A DNA stretch of 63,216 nucleotides, filler included, from Piedraia hortae CBS 480.64 (taxonomy: Eukaryota), in the NCBI GenBank assembly GCA_010093745.1. It is 3 parts of 3 records of this genome, joined end to end, with 100 filler letters (N's around TTAATTAATTAA, not from the genome) between each part and the next. Parts side by side here need not be neighbours in the genome. Positions count along the whole stretch, not along the records: positions 26,377 to 51,849 come from MU006058.1; positions 51,950 to 63,216 come from MU006068.1; 1 more part is not named here. The stretch is one strand, 5' to 3'. Both the position numbers and the translations under genes were made by a program. The notes beneath the pieces are model-generated. The model was not told where the DNA came from and made no database searches. It saw only the letters and a program-made list of their open reading frames with translations. Shown in pieces: positions 47,810-60,039 of this stretch (positions are counted from its first letter, which is position 1; every line of letters begins with the position of its first letter).

Positions 47810-48366
47810 TGCGTATGTTTTTGGCAGTATGAGAGACCTGACGTCGGTCATGGCGGAGCGGGCCGAGAGCTAGAATGTCAAATGGTGACGCTGAAGGCAG
47901 AATGAAAGGGCAGCTTTAATCGATTTTGAGCTACAAATGTTACAAATTGAGCGAGGTCTTTTGGCCACATTGCTGACAGTCACATCTGAGGAAGATGATA
48001 GCTGGAGATAGAGGTCAAGGAAGCGACAACCGTATAGTTACGCACGACAAGAACATAAAACCCTTTTACGCCCGGAGTATGTGAAAGTTTAACACTGCAC
48101 CTTCAAAAGGTGTTCACAAGTTCAAACCGGCAGCCCGAAACTCAAAGCAGTGATGTAATGAGGAGATCAGAATGTACGTTGTAAAAGACTTGTTTTACAA
48201 GCTTTTCAAGGAGGTCGCAGCCAATGTCCATCTTCTGCAGGTATTTTGCAAGCAAAGCACGCTGGCTGTGCATCGCCTCAATCTTGACCTGAGCTTTTGA
48301 CGCTTTGGTTTAAAGGCCTGTTATCTCTGTCAGAAGCTCACTATAGCCCTTGGCTGCCTGCTCGAC

Positions 48367-48614
48367 TGTTGGAAGATAGTTGTTGCGTAGCGTAGTCGTT
48401 CTGAAGATTGACTTTTTTTTTACAATATTGTCTCTTCTGATGTTCAGCAGCGAGCTTATATACAAGTAGCTTCTTTGTTCAAACAGTTTCAAATGTTACT
48501 CCATTGCCACACTGTCCTCTTTATTATGCTCTTTGAGCATTTTGCTATACAGGGTTTTCTTTGTATAGTCTTTGTTATCAGGCCGAGGTATGGCACTGAT
48601 ACTTCTCAACAACA
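48367..48614 (-). repeat. ~245-bp dispersed repeat, copy 2, upstream of the NACHT gene
   Basis: Reverse complement aligns with 26570-26814. Confidence 0.92.
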
Positions 48615-48739
48615 TTATCATGGCACTGAATGACACGACTAATGCACGCCACTCTAACTCCGCCTCATCAGACCTCAGCCTTGTGCCAGCTGGTACCTTA
48701 TCCAGTTTCCTTTTCCCACCACCTTCCATCGTGTACAGC

Positions 48740-51700
48740 ATGTCGGAGTGGGTTAGACGCTTGAAAGCGAAGGGAAAGTCGCATATATCACGTCAAAAAG
48801 CTTCCACTATACAGTCTCTCCAGCCCGTGCAGCAGCGCAATTTGTCTGTCCCGACTTCAGCTTTAGTACTGGCAACGCGAAACCCATTTGAAGACAAGGG
48901 CAAGTTACTACGCGATGCCATTGAAAAGCTTCCCGCCGAAGATCGTCAGTTCGTTCAAGATCAACTGGGGTCCAGCAGCAATGTCGAGAGGGACGCGGCC
49001 AGAGTCGAGACCTCAAGAGGCCAAAACCAAACTAAAAAGCCCAGTCAATGGATTGTGAGCATGAGGAAGATCGCTTGTCAGATTATGCAACCTGCGCCGG
49101 TATTTGATGTGGCGACAAATGCCCAAGCGGAAGTGCTAAGCATGCCATGGGCCGGCATTCGCTCTCTCTTGATGGTAAGCAGCAATGCTGTGCAACTGCG
49201 ACCCTGAATAACACCATTTCTCTAGGTGGCTCAGAAAACTCAAGAGCAAAGTGACTCGATCCTGAAAGGAATCGAAACGGTGCTGGACACAGGCCACCTC
49301 CTGAATGGATATTTTGACATCTATAGCCAGCTTGCTGCGACGCCCGCAATTGGCCATTTGTATGACAACATCGTCAAGCTCTACGGCCTCAATTTGACGT
49401 TCGTAGCGCACGCACAGCACACATGTGACATGAAAAGTGTGGAACGTACTATACAATCCTTGACTGGTGAGGTTATACCAAAGTTCAAAGAAAGTCACGA
49501 TAGGATGCTGAAAACCGTTGAATCCCATTGTCAAGTTGTGAACGAAGAGGTCTCTAAGGAGCAGCGGGCATGGGTCAATGAGCAGCTTAAGGCATTGAGG
49601 AAGGCTCAGGAGGAAGTCAATGAGAGAGTCAAGGGCGTTCAACAAACGCTAGATCTTAGTGCTCTTCAGGTAGCTGATTGGGCAGCTTACAACTCGATAA
49701 ACAATCGTAATGCCGACGATATTGGCGAGCTGAAGCTTTGTCTGGACGGTACCCGGGAGCAGATCAGAGAGAAGATCCTGGACTGGGCCACCACCGCAAG
49801 CGACCAAAGAGTGTTCTGGCTGTCTGGGAAGGCCGGAACGGGCAAGTCCACAATTGCTCGAACCGTTGCCGATGAACTTGCGAAGCAAGGGTATCTGGTG
49901 GGAAGCTTCTTCTTCAAGCGTGGGCAAGGTGAGTTGGGCCGCGCTCGCAGTCTGTTTCCCACCATTGCCCGCCAAATGGCAGACTTTGTACCCAGCATCA
50001 GCCACGAGATTGCTGCCGCCTCCAAAGGCTCCCCTCCGGTGAATGAAAGGCCGCTGACAACTCAGTTCGACACGCTTATCAAAGGACCGCTGTCAGGGTA
50101 CAGTACGGGTTCCGCGATAGATATCAGGGCCATTGTCGTCGATGCTCTCGACGAATGTGGGGACTGGGGAGCCATAGGCCATGCGATGACTCTTTGGCCA
50201 ACAGTTCGTGCACAAAGCTCCATGAACCTAAGGGTTTTTGTGACGAGCCGGTCCGACAACAAGATCGGCAATGCGCTCGCCAAGATGGAGAGCAAGGACC
50301 TCAAGCACGAGACGCTTGAAAACTGGCAATCGAGCACCATCGAGCATGACCTGAGGTTGTTCTGTTACGATGAGCTGAGGAAGCTCCGCGAGCAGAGCAG
50401 GAACGATTATCATGAGCTCGAGGATGACTGGCCAGGGGAAAGCGTTGTCGACAAACTTGTGGAGATATCAAAGCCACTATTCATTGCAGCCTCCACGATA
50501 TTCCGCGAAGTAAGCAAAGATCCACAAAGGCAACTTCAGGAATGGGTAAGCCGGCTCAACTTCACTGGCTCGAAAGGGCTCAACCGCATTTATTCAGACA
50601 TTCTTGAGCAAGTTGGTAAGGTGGACCAAGAGTGGCTCGACCAATTCAACCAAGTCATCAAGCCATTCGCCCTTCTCCATTCTTCTCTCACCATCTTGGC
50701 ACTTACGGATCTCTTGGGATCGGATATTATGACGGTTGGTAATGCTTTCAAGCCCTTGAGTTCCGTAATCGAGTTTCCAAGTGACAAGGAGTTCAAAGCG
50801 GGCTCCCGGGCCACGGTACGGATTTATCATGAATCCTTCCGAGACTTCCTGATGGCTTCCAATTCTAAGGACAAATCCCAGTTCTCCATTGACAAAGGCG
50901 AGACTCATGGTAACCTCCTAACGAGATGTCTAGACTTGCTCACGAACAAGCTTGGCCGCGATGTCTGCAAGCAGAAAGATCCTGAAACGGAACGCATATA
51001 TGTGTCCGCAGAGCATGTCGAAAAGCACATTTCTGATTCAGTACAGTACGCCTGCCGCTACTGGATCAGCCATGCGATCGATAGCAATGAGGCAATCGAA
51101 GATGGCGGACAAGTAGATCTTTACCTACGCGCATTTCTTCTTCATTGGACAGAGGCAATGGCGTGGCTGGACAAGCTTGGGGAAATGGTAGTATGCCTCA
51201 AGAAGCTGCAAGAGGACGTCAACGTATGTATTGCTTCTGTTTCAGTACACCGAAAGTATGGCTAACCTTGCGCAGTCACAATCATCACCCAAGCTACACG
51301 CCTTTGTCGCCGATGCTCTGAGATGGGTCCCAGCAAATCGAAAGATGATTAGCGATAGACCGCTTCAGACATATCTCTCAGCACTGGCTTTTGCGCCGAG
51401 CAACAGTATCGTACGAAACAGCTTCAGAAGTGAGATGGAAGAGTTTTTGCAAGTTTGGCCGCCAGTCGCGACTGATTGGGGCTTTGAGTTGCAAACCCTG
51501 AGGGAGCATACTCATAAAATACAGTCGATAACGCCTTCAATCGACGGGAGACGGCTTGTCACCGTTGGCAGGGACAACACAGTGCGACTATGGGATGTTG
51601 AAAGCGGCACCGAAGAAAAACGTACGGAAATTGACTTAAGAAAGGTCAAAAGGTCGTTACGTATTGATCTTCGCGCCGCCTCAGCGTTCCCCAAAGAAGA

Positions 51701-51849
51701 CATTGTGGTCATTGCCGAGTTGACCGGAGGTTATTGGAGGTGGAACTTGGAAGACGACGCCAGGCCAATTGAGATCAAACTGCCAAGCGATGAAGAAAGC
51801 GATGAAGAAAGCGATGAAGAAAGCGATGAAGAAAGCGATGAAGAAAGCG
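48740..51849 (+). CDS. NACHT-WD40 (HET-E/NWD-type) fungal NLR-like protein, 3' end lost in the gap
   Basis: Helical N-terminal domain ending PWAGIRSLL; Walker A WLSGKAGTGKSTIA; Walker B IVVDALDEC; FVTSR, HESFRDFL, YACRYWISH; WD40 repeat DGRRLVTVGRDNTVRLWD; introns 49175-49225 and 51224-51275. Confidence 0.92.
51786..51849 (+). repeat. 12-bp coding tandem repeat (AGCGATGAAGAA)5+, encoding SDEE
   Basis: Five perfect units plus a partial unit running into the gap. Confidence 0.95.
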
Positions 51850-51949
51850 NNNNNNNNNNNNNNNNNNNNNNNNNNNNNNNNNNNNNNNNNNNNTTAATTA
51901 ATTAANNNNNNNNNNNNNNNNNNNNNNNNNNNNNNNNNNNNNNNNNNNN
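51850..51949. other. artificial contig linker
   Basis: N44-TTAATTAATTAA-N44. Confidence 0.97.
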
Positions 51950-52498
51950 TTCGAGATGCTGGAGAAGCGTGTGCTGCAGGAACTACGTTACGTGGGCTTG
52001 TTGTCTACTGGTGAAGTCCCGCACTACGAGCTGCACGAAGACGATGAGCTCTCGGCACGTCTCCGCACCCTCCAGCACGAATTGCGCAACGTCTCCCGCA
52101 TAAACCATGTGCGCAAAGCCAGGGTCCGAGAGTTGGTGGAAGAGCGCATGGCTATGCAAGAATACAATCAGGTGGCTGATGACCTTGACAATCAGGTGAT
52201 TGAGGCTTACGTCAAACGTAACCGCAGCCAGGGCAAGCCGGCCAAGAAAACTACGTCCTTGGCGAGTCGAGGCGTTGTGCAAAAAGGCGTAGCAACGAGC
52301 AGTGCTGTCAAGGAGGGAATGGAAAGCATCAGGACAGTCGTAGCCAAGCGCAAGAACTGGCATGAAATGCTTGGGCCAGCTGTAAACTACGGCCGACCCG
52401 ATCTGCCGGATGAGTTCACAAACATTTTTGATGACGAAAGCATGAAGCGGTTGGAGCGGGCGGAGGCGGAGGCGGTGGCTGCGGAGACGGAAGATTAG
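51950..52498 (+). CDS. ADA3: SAGA/ADA subunit Ada3 (Ngg1), 5'-truncated
   Basis: LEKRVLQELRYVGLL..EDDELSARLRTLQHELR..MAMQEY..DDLDNQVIEAYVKR. Confidence 0.82.
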   Translation, partial: FEMLEKRVLQELRYVGLLSTGEVPHYELHEDDELSARLRTLQHELRNVSRINHVRKARVRELVEERMAMQEYNQVADDLDNQVIEAYVKRNRSQGKPAKKTTSLASRGVVQKGVATSSAVKEGMESIRTVVAKRKNWHEMLGPAVNYGRPDLPDEFTNIFDDESMKRLERAEAEAVAAETED

Positions 52499-52632
52499 TC
52501 AATGTACGAGACATGTAGACATGTAATAATAGACGCCCAGGAACCAACCTCAGATAGCAATCATCACATGCTTCCAAACGCAGTCGCCAGTTGTCGCTAA
52601 CAAGCAAGACGCGCCATGTCCGACGGCTGGCA

Positions 52633-55064
52633 ATGAAGCCCCTCCCATTGCGTAAGCAACTCTCTTTTGGTCGCGCCGTTCTGACAGCCCAGTCGCCCTC
52701 TTGTTGAGTCCGAGCATTGCCCAAATATTGCAGCATCAGCTTACGCCGAGTGAAGATGGACTGCCATCAATCGCGGATGGCAGCCGGACGTGGGACATGG
52801 ACAGCGAGGTCAAGCAGGCTCTGGCACTCTTGGTGACGGTGAAGGCGCCTGCCGTGTCCCGGTTTACGAGGATCACCAACCGGCCAAAAGGCTTTGTTGC
52901 GCACGCGGTCCATTACGCACAAAAGGCATTCTTCCTCTTGTTCATGAATGGCAATCCCGAACCAACTAGCCTGTTGACTGCCCCTGTCCCCGGCGCGAAG
53001 CCGTCTCCGCCGCTAGCCAAAGCTGTCCGGCTCCTGGACAGTGCCGCAGCCAGGAACGACCCAGATGCGCTCCTTCTCCTCGCAGAAATGAACCTCTACG
53101 GCAACTTTACGCATCCAGTCAATTACGCAAACGCCATCCGGTATTACCATCTGCTTGCCAGCGAAACCGGCAACAGCACGGCCCAGCACATGCTTGGTTT
53201 CCTGTATTCTACTGGCCTTGCGGCGCCCGAATACCCCGCCGACCAGGCCAAGAGCATGCTCTACCACACTTTTGCGGCCGAGCAGGGCAACACACGAAGC
53301 GAAATGACCCTCGCATACAGGTTTCACGCTGGCGTTGCCACTCCCAAGGACTGTGAAGCCGCCGTGCAATATTACCAGCGCGTGGCAGATAAGGCCATCA
53401 AGTACTACCGTTCCGGGCCTCCCGGTGGCCACAGCCTGGTCAAAGATGGTAAACGCCTTGCCGATGACGAAGGAGGTGTGTATGGCGAAGGAGCATCGGT
53501 ATCATCGGCAGGTCTCAACGCCAAGCACGGCAGTCCCACCAGCGACATGTACGCAGACGTCGATGATGTGTTGGAATTTCTTCATCTCCAATCTTCACAA
53601 GGGGACCTGAAGTCTTCCTTTACCCTGGCCAGGCTGTATTACGATGGCGGACGCGGCGTCACGCCCGACATGCGTCAGGCCAAGCAATATTTCCTGCAGA
53701 TAGCCCGGGAATACTGGCTTGAGGGCGGTACCATCAAGAAGGACGTGCCTGCATCCACGGAGCGTTTGGCGGCCAAGGCAGCTGGGTATCTCGGTCGCAT
53801 GTTCCTACGTGGCGAGGGCATGGAACAGAGCTTTAGCAAGGCAAAAATCTGGTTTACCCGGGGCATTGGGCTCGGCGACCCCTTAAGTCAGTATGGCCTA
53901 GGCCTCATGCACCTAGACGGGCTCGGTCTGGCTCAAGACGTGAAGAAGGCGAGCGAATACTTTGGTGCTGCGGCTGATCATGACTTGGCCGTCGCGCAGA
54001 CAAACCTGGGCATCTTGTTCCTCGACCAAGGTGACGTGCGAACTGCGTTGGCTTATTTCGAGCTGGCTATTCGCAACGGCCATATTGAAGCCTTCTATTA
54101 TATGGCCGAAATGACGAACCTTGGCATTGGCCGGGACCGGTCGTGCGGGGAGGCTGCTTTGTACTACAAGCTTGTAGTCGAAAAAGCAGAGGCTGTCTGG
54201 GCCCCGTTCAAGGAAGCCAATGCTGCCTACGAGAAAGGCGAGGACCGCAAGGCCCTGCTCCTGTATATGATGGCCGCGGAGCAGGGTTCTGAGAGTGGCC
54301 AGGCAAACGTGGCCTGGCTACTCGACCGAACCGTTCAGAATTCTGCTTCGGTTGCTTCCGCTGCCACCGCCCTCGTATACTGGACGCGATCTGCTATGCA
54401 GAACAATCTTGACAGTCTCGTCAAAATGGGCGACTACTACCTTGCCGGCCTTGGCGTCGCTGCGTCTCCGGAGAATGCGGCAGCCTGTTACCAAACCGCA
54501 GCCGACAGCCTAAGTTGTGCGCAGGCAATGTGGAACCTGGGCTGGATGCACGAGAATGGTATCGGCCTCAGGCAGGATTTTCACCTTGCAAAGCGGTACT
54601 ATGATCTTGCCCTGCAGACAAACGCCGAGGCCTATCTTCCCGTCAAGCTGGGGCTATGGAAACTCAGGTGGCGGTCCTGGTGGAACGATGTCACCGACGG
54701 CGGGGTCAAGAGCATCGGTGACGATGAAGACAACCACAAAAGGAGGAGCCTGCGGGAATGGGTCCACGATTTTGTGACCCAAGCGCGGCTGGAATTGGAG
54801 GACCCAGACGAAGGGCCCGACTGGGAAAGTGACGATTTCCATGCAGCATCAGATGGCATGTGGGGAGATGATAATGATGATGACGAAGGAGGCGACTTGG
54901 AGAAACTCCTGATTCTTGCTCTGGCAGCGGCATTGCTGGTTTTGCTGATATACCGAGCATTGACCAGGAGACGAGATGGGGAGGAAGGGGAAAACAGAGG
55001 TGTGTTTCCCGCCAGAGAGGACTTGGGGTTTAATGACTGGGTTGCTGGGGGAATAGGACATTAG
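52633..55064 (+). CDS. HRD3: ERAD component Hrd3/SEL1L (Sel1 repeats), 2 exons
   Basis: Signal peptide MKPLPLLALLLSPSIA after intron 52652-52692; GNSTAQHMLGFLYSTG, LVKMGDYY, AMWNLGWMHENGIG..DFHLAKRYYD; C-terminal TM and WVAGGIGH. Confidence 0.93.
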
Positions 55065-55103
55065 CCGGGAGAAGGGCGGTAGAATTGTACATTTAGCTTT
55101 CAT

Positions 55104-55876
55104 CTAAAGAGGGTCCTGCACCTCGTCGGGAACGTCGGGGTTGACAATGACCTTTTCAATTAGCTGAAGGGTGGCTCTCAGTGGGAGACCGACAACATTG
55201 TCAAAGGTGCCGTCAATCTTCTCCACCAGAATTGATCCCAGGCCTTGGATGCCGTAGCCCCCAGCCTTGTCTGCGCCCTCGCGGGTGCGAACGTAGCTGA
55301 CGATAAGATCATCTGTGACGGTTGGGTCAAACTTGACAGCTGTCTCCTCTACGTGTGTCTCCATGGTGTAGCCCGGATCTGCTGCCGACTCCAGAGGTGC
55401 CATGCACACGACGGCCGTATAGACCTTGTGCCAACCATCTTCTTGATCACGCAGCATTTTCAGCATAGCTACGTGCTCACGTTCGTTACGCGGCTTTTCT
55501 AGTATCTGACCGTGATGACTGCTAACAACTGTGTCGGCCGCGATGACCAGCACCGGCTCGCCTTTGGGGCTGTCAATGGTGGCCACGTAGACATTTCGAG
55601 CTTTCTGCTCTGCCGTGGCAAGCACGTATTCAAAAGGACCGAGACCTTTGTCCCGATCCTCTGGCAGAGCTGATGGCACGATTTCCAGATCCATTAAGCC
55701 AATCTAAACATGTTACCGTGGGTCATGCGGTGGGACGCTGCTTCATCTACCTGGGCGAGGAGCTGCCTCCTCCGCGGGGAAGACGATGCAAGCACCACAC
55801 GCTTACCCCGGATCATGTTCAGTGCCGGAAGATCCAGCGCCGGCCGCGCTGCCACCGGTTGCTTCTCGTCGGCCAT
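55104..55876 (-). CDS. Maf-family nucleoside triphosphate pyrophosphatase, 2 exons
   Basis: VLASSSPRR, IAADTVV, ILEKP, DKAGGYGIQG, NVVGLP; intron 55750-55704. Confidence 0.9.
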
Positions 55877-56411
55877 TTTTCTTCTTGTGGACGGAGGAGC
55901 AACAGAGACTCACAGTGTGCTTGTATAGTGCCTACGCACTAGCCTATTCGGGCTACTGGCTGATGCTGTGTACATACTACGCTTTCCAGAACATGGCTAG
56001 AAGTACATATATGTCCGTCGCATAGCGTATATCTTTTGGGTCACCTCGGTTCTCGAACCTTGGCCAAAAGTATATTCATCATCGACTGCAAGCATTTCGA
56101 ATCTGCTGTCCTCGAAATTGTTTCTGCCAGCTTAGTTTCTGCGTTGACTACTGCTTGCAACCGGTGGCAGTCGGCACATTTGCGTGATTCTGACCAAATG
56201 TTTTTCATTAGTAAAAACGTAATGGCCAGTCGGAAGCAATTCCTGAGAAAATCAGTCCGATTTTCAAAATGCTGGGCTTTGAACTGCCGTCGATAAGCTT
56301 TCCCATGGGGTAATGCCCCCATTTCGATTGACCCCCGAGCCTTGACGTCATCCCTGCTCAACCACTACTTATTCCGGGGCCATGGCATCTTTCAGGCTCT
56401 ACCGTCCAATT

Positions 56412-57464
56412 ATGGTTCAGAACAAAGGTCTCTTCTACAAAGCCCACCCTTCGGGGATGCCCGTGTTGGGAAAGGATCTGGTCTTGGAGACCCACGAGTT
56501 TGACGAGAACCAAACTCCTCCCTCTGGTGGCATCACTGCAAAGATCAATTATGTGTCCTTTGATCCTTACCAGCGTGGCCGCATGAGGCCGGCCGAAGTC
56601 AAGTCCTATACTCCTGCCTTTAAGCTGAACGAGCCAATCACCAACGATGCCATCATCACCGTCTTGAAGAGCGATAATGATAAGTTCAAGCCTGGCCAGA
56701 CGCTACACACGGATTCGGCAAATACGGAAGAGTACATAGTCATGGACAAAAAGGCGGCCGATGCCTGCCGTGTCTTGAACAACCCGTACAACTTGGATCC
56801 AAAGATGTTCCTGGGCCCTCTGGGCATGCCCGGCCTAACGGCATACTCGTCTTTTTACGAAATTGGCCAGCCAGTGAAAGGTGAGACGGTATTCATCTCG
56901 GCTGCATCAGGTGCTGTGGGTCAAATCGTCGGCCAGCTAGCCAAACACCGAGGACTAAAAGTCATTGGTTCGGTTGGCGATGATAAAAAGTTGGAATTTA
57001 TCACCAAGGACTTGAAATTTGATGGCGGGTTCAATTACAAAAAGGAGAAGCCGCTAGATGCATTGCGTCGGCTTGCGCCCCAAGGCATCGATATCTACTT
57101 CGAAAATGTTGGCGGCGAGCAACTCGAGGCAGCCTTGACTCAGATGAACGACCATGGACGCATCATTGCCTGTGGTATGATCAGCCAATACAACAAGCCA
57201 CCTGACCAGCAATACGGCATCAAGAACCTCATGTATGTCGTCAGCAAACGTATCCGCCTTCAGGGATTCATCGTTTTCGACCCTAATTTTGGCCCAAAGT
57301 ATTTTCAGGAGCACCAGAAGAATGTGCAAGAATGGCTACACGATGGTACTTTTAAGGCGCAGTTGTGCGTCACTCAGGGCATCGACCATGCCGGCCAGGG
57401 CTTGCTGGACATTTTTGAAGGCAAGAACTTTGGAAAGGCCATTTTGGAAGTTGCCAAACTGTAG
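56412..57464 (+). CDS. NADP-dependent oxidoreductase (MDR superfamily, prostaglandin reductase/alkenal reductase-like)
   Basis: SFDPYQRGRM, LGMPGLTAY, SAASGAVGQIVGQLAK, GIDIYFENVGG, GKNFGKA; ATG at 56412 or 56382. Confidence 0.92.
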   Translation: MVQNKGLFYKAHPSGMPVLGKDLVLETHEFDENQTPPSGGITAKINYVSFDPYQRGRMRPAEVKSYTPAFKLNEPITNDAIITVLKSDNDKFKPGQTLHTDSANTEEYIVMDKKAADACRVLNNPYNLDPKMFLGPLGMPGLTAYSSFYEIGQPVKGETVFISAASGAVGQIVGQLAKHRGLKVIGSVGDDKKLEFITKDLKFDGGFNYKKEKPLDALRRLAPQGIDIYFENVGGEQLEAALTQMNDHGRIIACGMISQYNKPPDQQYGIKNLMYVVSKRIRLQGFIVFDPNFGPKYFQEHQKNVQEWLHDGTFKAQLCVTQGIDHAGQGLLDIFEGKNFGKAILEVAKL

Positions 57465-57740
57465 ACTAGCTTATGATACCAGGCCATTCATGAAGCTTAG
57501 ATCTGAACGGTCTCGGATTCCTGGATGATCTCGAATCCACACAATTTTTTGTCCAAGCCACTTGTGATATTGTGCACAAGCCACTTTAAACATCCAAATG
57601 GTCCATCGATCATCGACTCAGGTTCCGTTCAGGTTAGGGTATCCAGGTGTTCTACCCCGCATCAAGGCGTGCGACGAACGGCAGAACATGACATCACCGT
57701 ATTTGTACTCTACAATGTTGTGGCAAAAAATCCTGTAACA

Positions 57741-59846
57741 ATGGTGAGCTCTCCCCGCGGCAGTGCCGGGCCGGACGCCACCAGCAGGCCGCCCTTGATC
57801 AAGAGAAACAGTAGCGCCTCTTCACAAGGCGGCGCTACCCGTCATGCTAGGACTGCCGACATTGGCGACGTTTTGCAGCTCAGACAGGGAACTCATGTAG
57901 TAGCCGGCGGCCGGACAAGGCACACGCTCATGCGCACCCACAGCAGCATGCGCAACCTGCCCAAGTTGGGCAAACAGGCGCCTGTAAATCCCTCAGAGGC
58001 GCGGAAGAACCAACGACGGAGCCATGCAGGCGATACTGAGATTCGGCTGCCAGGCAGTCTAGAGGCGTCCAAGTCACCGATAAAGCGGAACCTGACAGTG
58101 TCTGATCTGCAACGCACTTTCTCGAAAGTCAAGCTGAAGAACAATCTTTCGCATGGCCAACTTACCAAATTCAATGGATCGGGGAGAAATGCTGCTCGTA
58201 GATTCTCCAACGGCTCCAAGGCAAAGGAAAAGAACCCGAGAGGCGACGCTGCAAATCCAGACCACGGCGGAGGACTGTTTCATGACCAGCGAAAGCGCAA
58301 GGGCAAGAAAGTTGGGTTTGCCATAGGCAGCGTCGAAGACGCCGGTGATAGCGTTGGTGCCGCGGCAGAGTCTTCAGCCAACGACCCGCCCGAAGATGAT
58401 TGGGAGGACCAAAGTATTAGTCCATGCAGCACCAGGCAAAATACGGCAAACAACAGCAGAAGATCCAGCATAACTGCAGACAACATAGTCAGCGATAAGC
58501 CCCCTAGTCCGGCTAAAATTGTGTCACAAGCCACTATAACCGAGCAGGTTGAGCAGGTTGAGCCGGCTGGGCAAATTGAGCAAGTTAGGCAGGTTGAGCA
58601 GGTTAAGCAATCCGAGAGGGTTGAGCAGGCTGAAGAGGTGGAGCAGGACGGCGTGGACGAACAGGCGGATCGCATCTCCACTGCTCTGGCTGTAGCGGAC
58701 GAAGATGCTTCAAGCACCCTCAAGCAGCAACATGAGGACGTGGAACTGTCCAATAACTCACTTACCGGGGCACTTTCAAACCCAGTGATAAAACACATCG
58801 CAGGCATCACCCACCCAGCTCCCGCGCTCGTGAGTAACATAAGTGCCATGAACAGTCAACTAGGCTCGTCGGTACACTCCTCGAGTTCGTCCAAAACAAA
58901 TATGGGCGGAGATAAAGGAACTATGGAAGATGAGCTTGTCTCGCGCTTTGTCCCTTCTACCTCACAAACATCGTCGGGCATAATAGAAGGCATGAGGCAA
59001 AGTTCATATCCAGAAGTCACTGCTCTGAACAAAGCCAAGAGCGCCGCCATGTATTATGGAACAGCGGGTACCAGTCCTGGCTCTCATCTCAGTGGCTCGA
59101 GTGGAGCTGCCACGCCGGCACTTGGCAGGTCACGAATAGAATTGCGAATGCTGCAGGATAAAGCTTTGGCGGATCTAGAAGAGGCCGCAGAGCGTCAACC
59201 AAGCTTGCCTTTCCATGTTTTCGATCGACGGAACGAAACCTTGAAATCGCATAAAAGTCAGTCCGCGTTGGGTGGCGATATCAGTTCCGCCCGACGCTGC
59301 CTTAGCTCTGTTTCTTTTGGAGCCGAAATGTTCCAGGGTAGGTTCAAAGCCATCAATGCGGAACTTGCAATGGTTGAGCAATTTCACAATCCAATCGTGG
59401 ACTCGGTTCAGCGGCTAAGGAATAGCAAATTCTCCAGGCTCGGGCGGACCAAGTCTCTTGCGAATCGACAAGCTGAGGTCATGGAAACGTCGAGATCGGC
59501 GATTCATCTTCCCGGAAAGTCGATATTGACCAAGGAACCCCGGAAGGCTCAGCCAACCACGACAAACAACTCTCCTGTGAAAGCGAGCGTAATCGCATCG
59601 CCAGAAGAAGGCTCTCCAACAACAAAATTGCACGTACCCAAACCTTCGTTGTCAACATTGGGATCCCTGTCCAAATCAATGGCTGCAGATGCTGCGACTC
59701 CTACCAGTGAAACCGAGGGCCCCTGCCGAAATCCACGACGCGGAGTTAGCTTCTCTGAGGTTCCACCTCAGGTTAGGGAAATCAACAGTCAACACGTGGA
59801 TGACGATTGCGCTGCAATTGCAAGGGCCTTGTGGAACATTCGTTGA
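57741..59846 (+). CDS. Tco89-like TORC1 subunit (tentative), low-complexity protein
   Basis: Long Ser-rich ORF; SRIELRMLQ...FKAINAELAMVEQFHNPIVDSVQRL resembles the Tco89 conserved block; the CDS is more certain than the product name. Confidence 0.55.
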   Translation: MVSSPRGSAGPDATSRPPLIKRNSSASSQGGATRHARTADIGDVLQLRQGTHVVAGGRTRHTLMRTHSSMRNLPKLGKQAPVNPSEARKNQRRSHAGDTEIRLPGSLEASKSPIKRNLTVSDLQRTFSKVKLKNNLSHGQLTKFNGSGRNAARRFSNGSKAKEKNPRGDAANPDHGGGLFHDQRKRKGKKVGFAIGSVEDAGDSVGAAAESSANDPPEDDWEDQSISPCSTRQNTANNSRRSSITADNIVSDKPPSPAKIVSQATITEQVEQVEPAGQIEQVRQVEQVKQSERVEQAEEVEQDGVDEQADRISTALAVADEDASSTLKQQHEDVELSNNSLTGALSNPVIKHIAGITHPAPALVSNISAMNSQLGSSVHSSSSSKTNMGGDKGTMEDELVSRFVPSTSQTSSGIIEGMRQSSYPEVTALNKAKSAAMYYGTAGTSPGSHLSGSSGAATPALGRSRIELRMLQDKALADLEEAAERQPSLPFHVFDRRNETLKSHKSQSALGGDISSARRCLSSVSFGAEMFQGRFKAINAELAMVEQFHNPIVDSVQRLRNSKFSRLGRTKSLANRQAEVMETSRSAIHLPGKSILTKEPRKAQPTTTNNSPVKASVIASPEEGSPTTKLHVPKPSLSTLGSLSKSMAADAATPTSETEGPCRNPRRGVSFSEVPPQVREINSQHVDDDCAAIARALWNIR

Positions 59847-60039
59847 TGCAGCATATCGAAAGCAACCAAGGGTTGTCATTATAAACGTGGTTTTAATGTT
59901 AGGGGCGATGAATTGGAAATATCTCAACCGATACAAAATGAAGATATAACAAAGGTTTGAAAGGAGCGATTGCACTGCCACCAATTCAGAGGAATAGTTG
60001 GTAGATACAGGTGTTTCCTCAGCCTCTTCTTCGCAGCCA

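Noticed and set aside
51786..51849. CRISPR-like or telomeric reading of the tandem repeat
   Set aside because: No spacers, eukaryotic context, and in frame within a CDS
58540..58660. Imperfect 9-bp GAGCAGGTT (EQV) repeats
   Set aside because: Ordinary low-complexity coding repeat in a disordered protein
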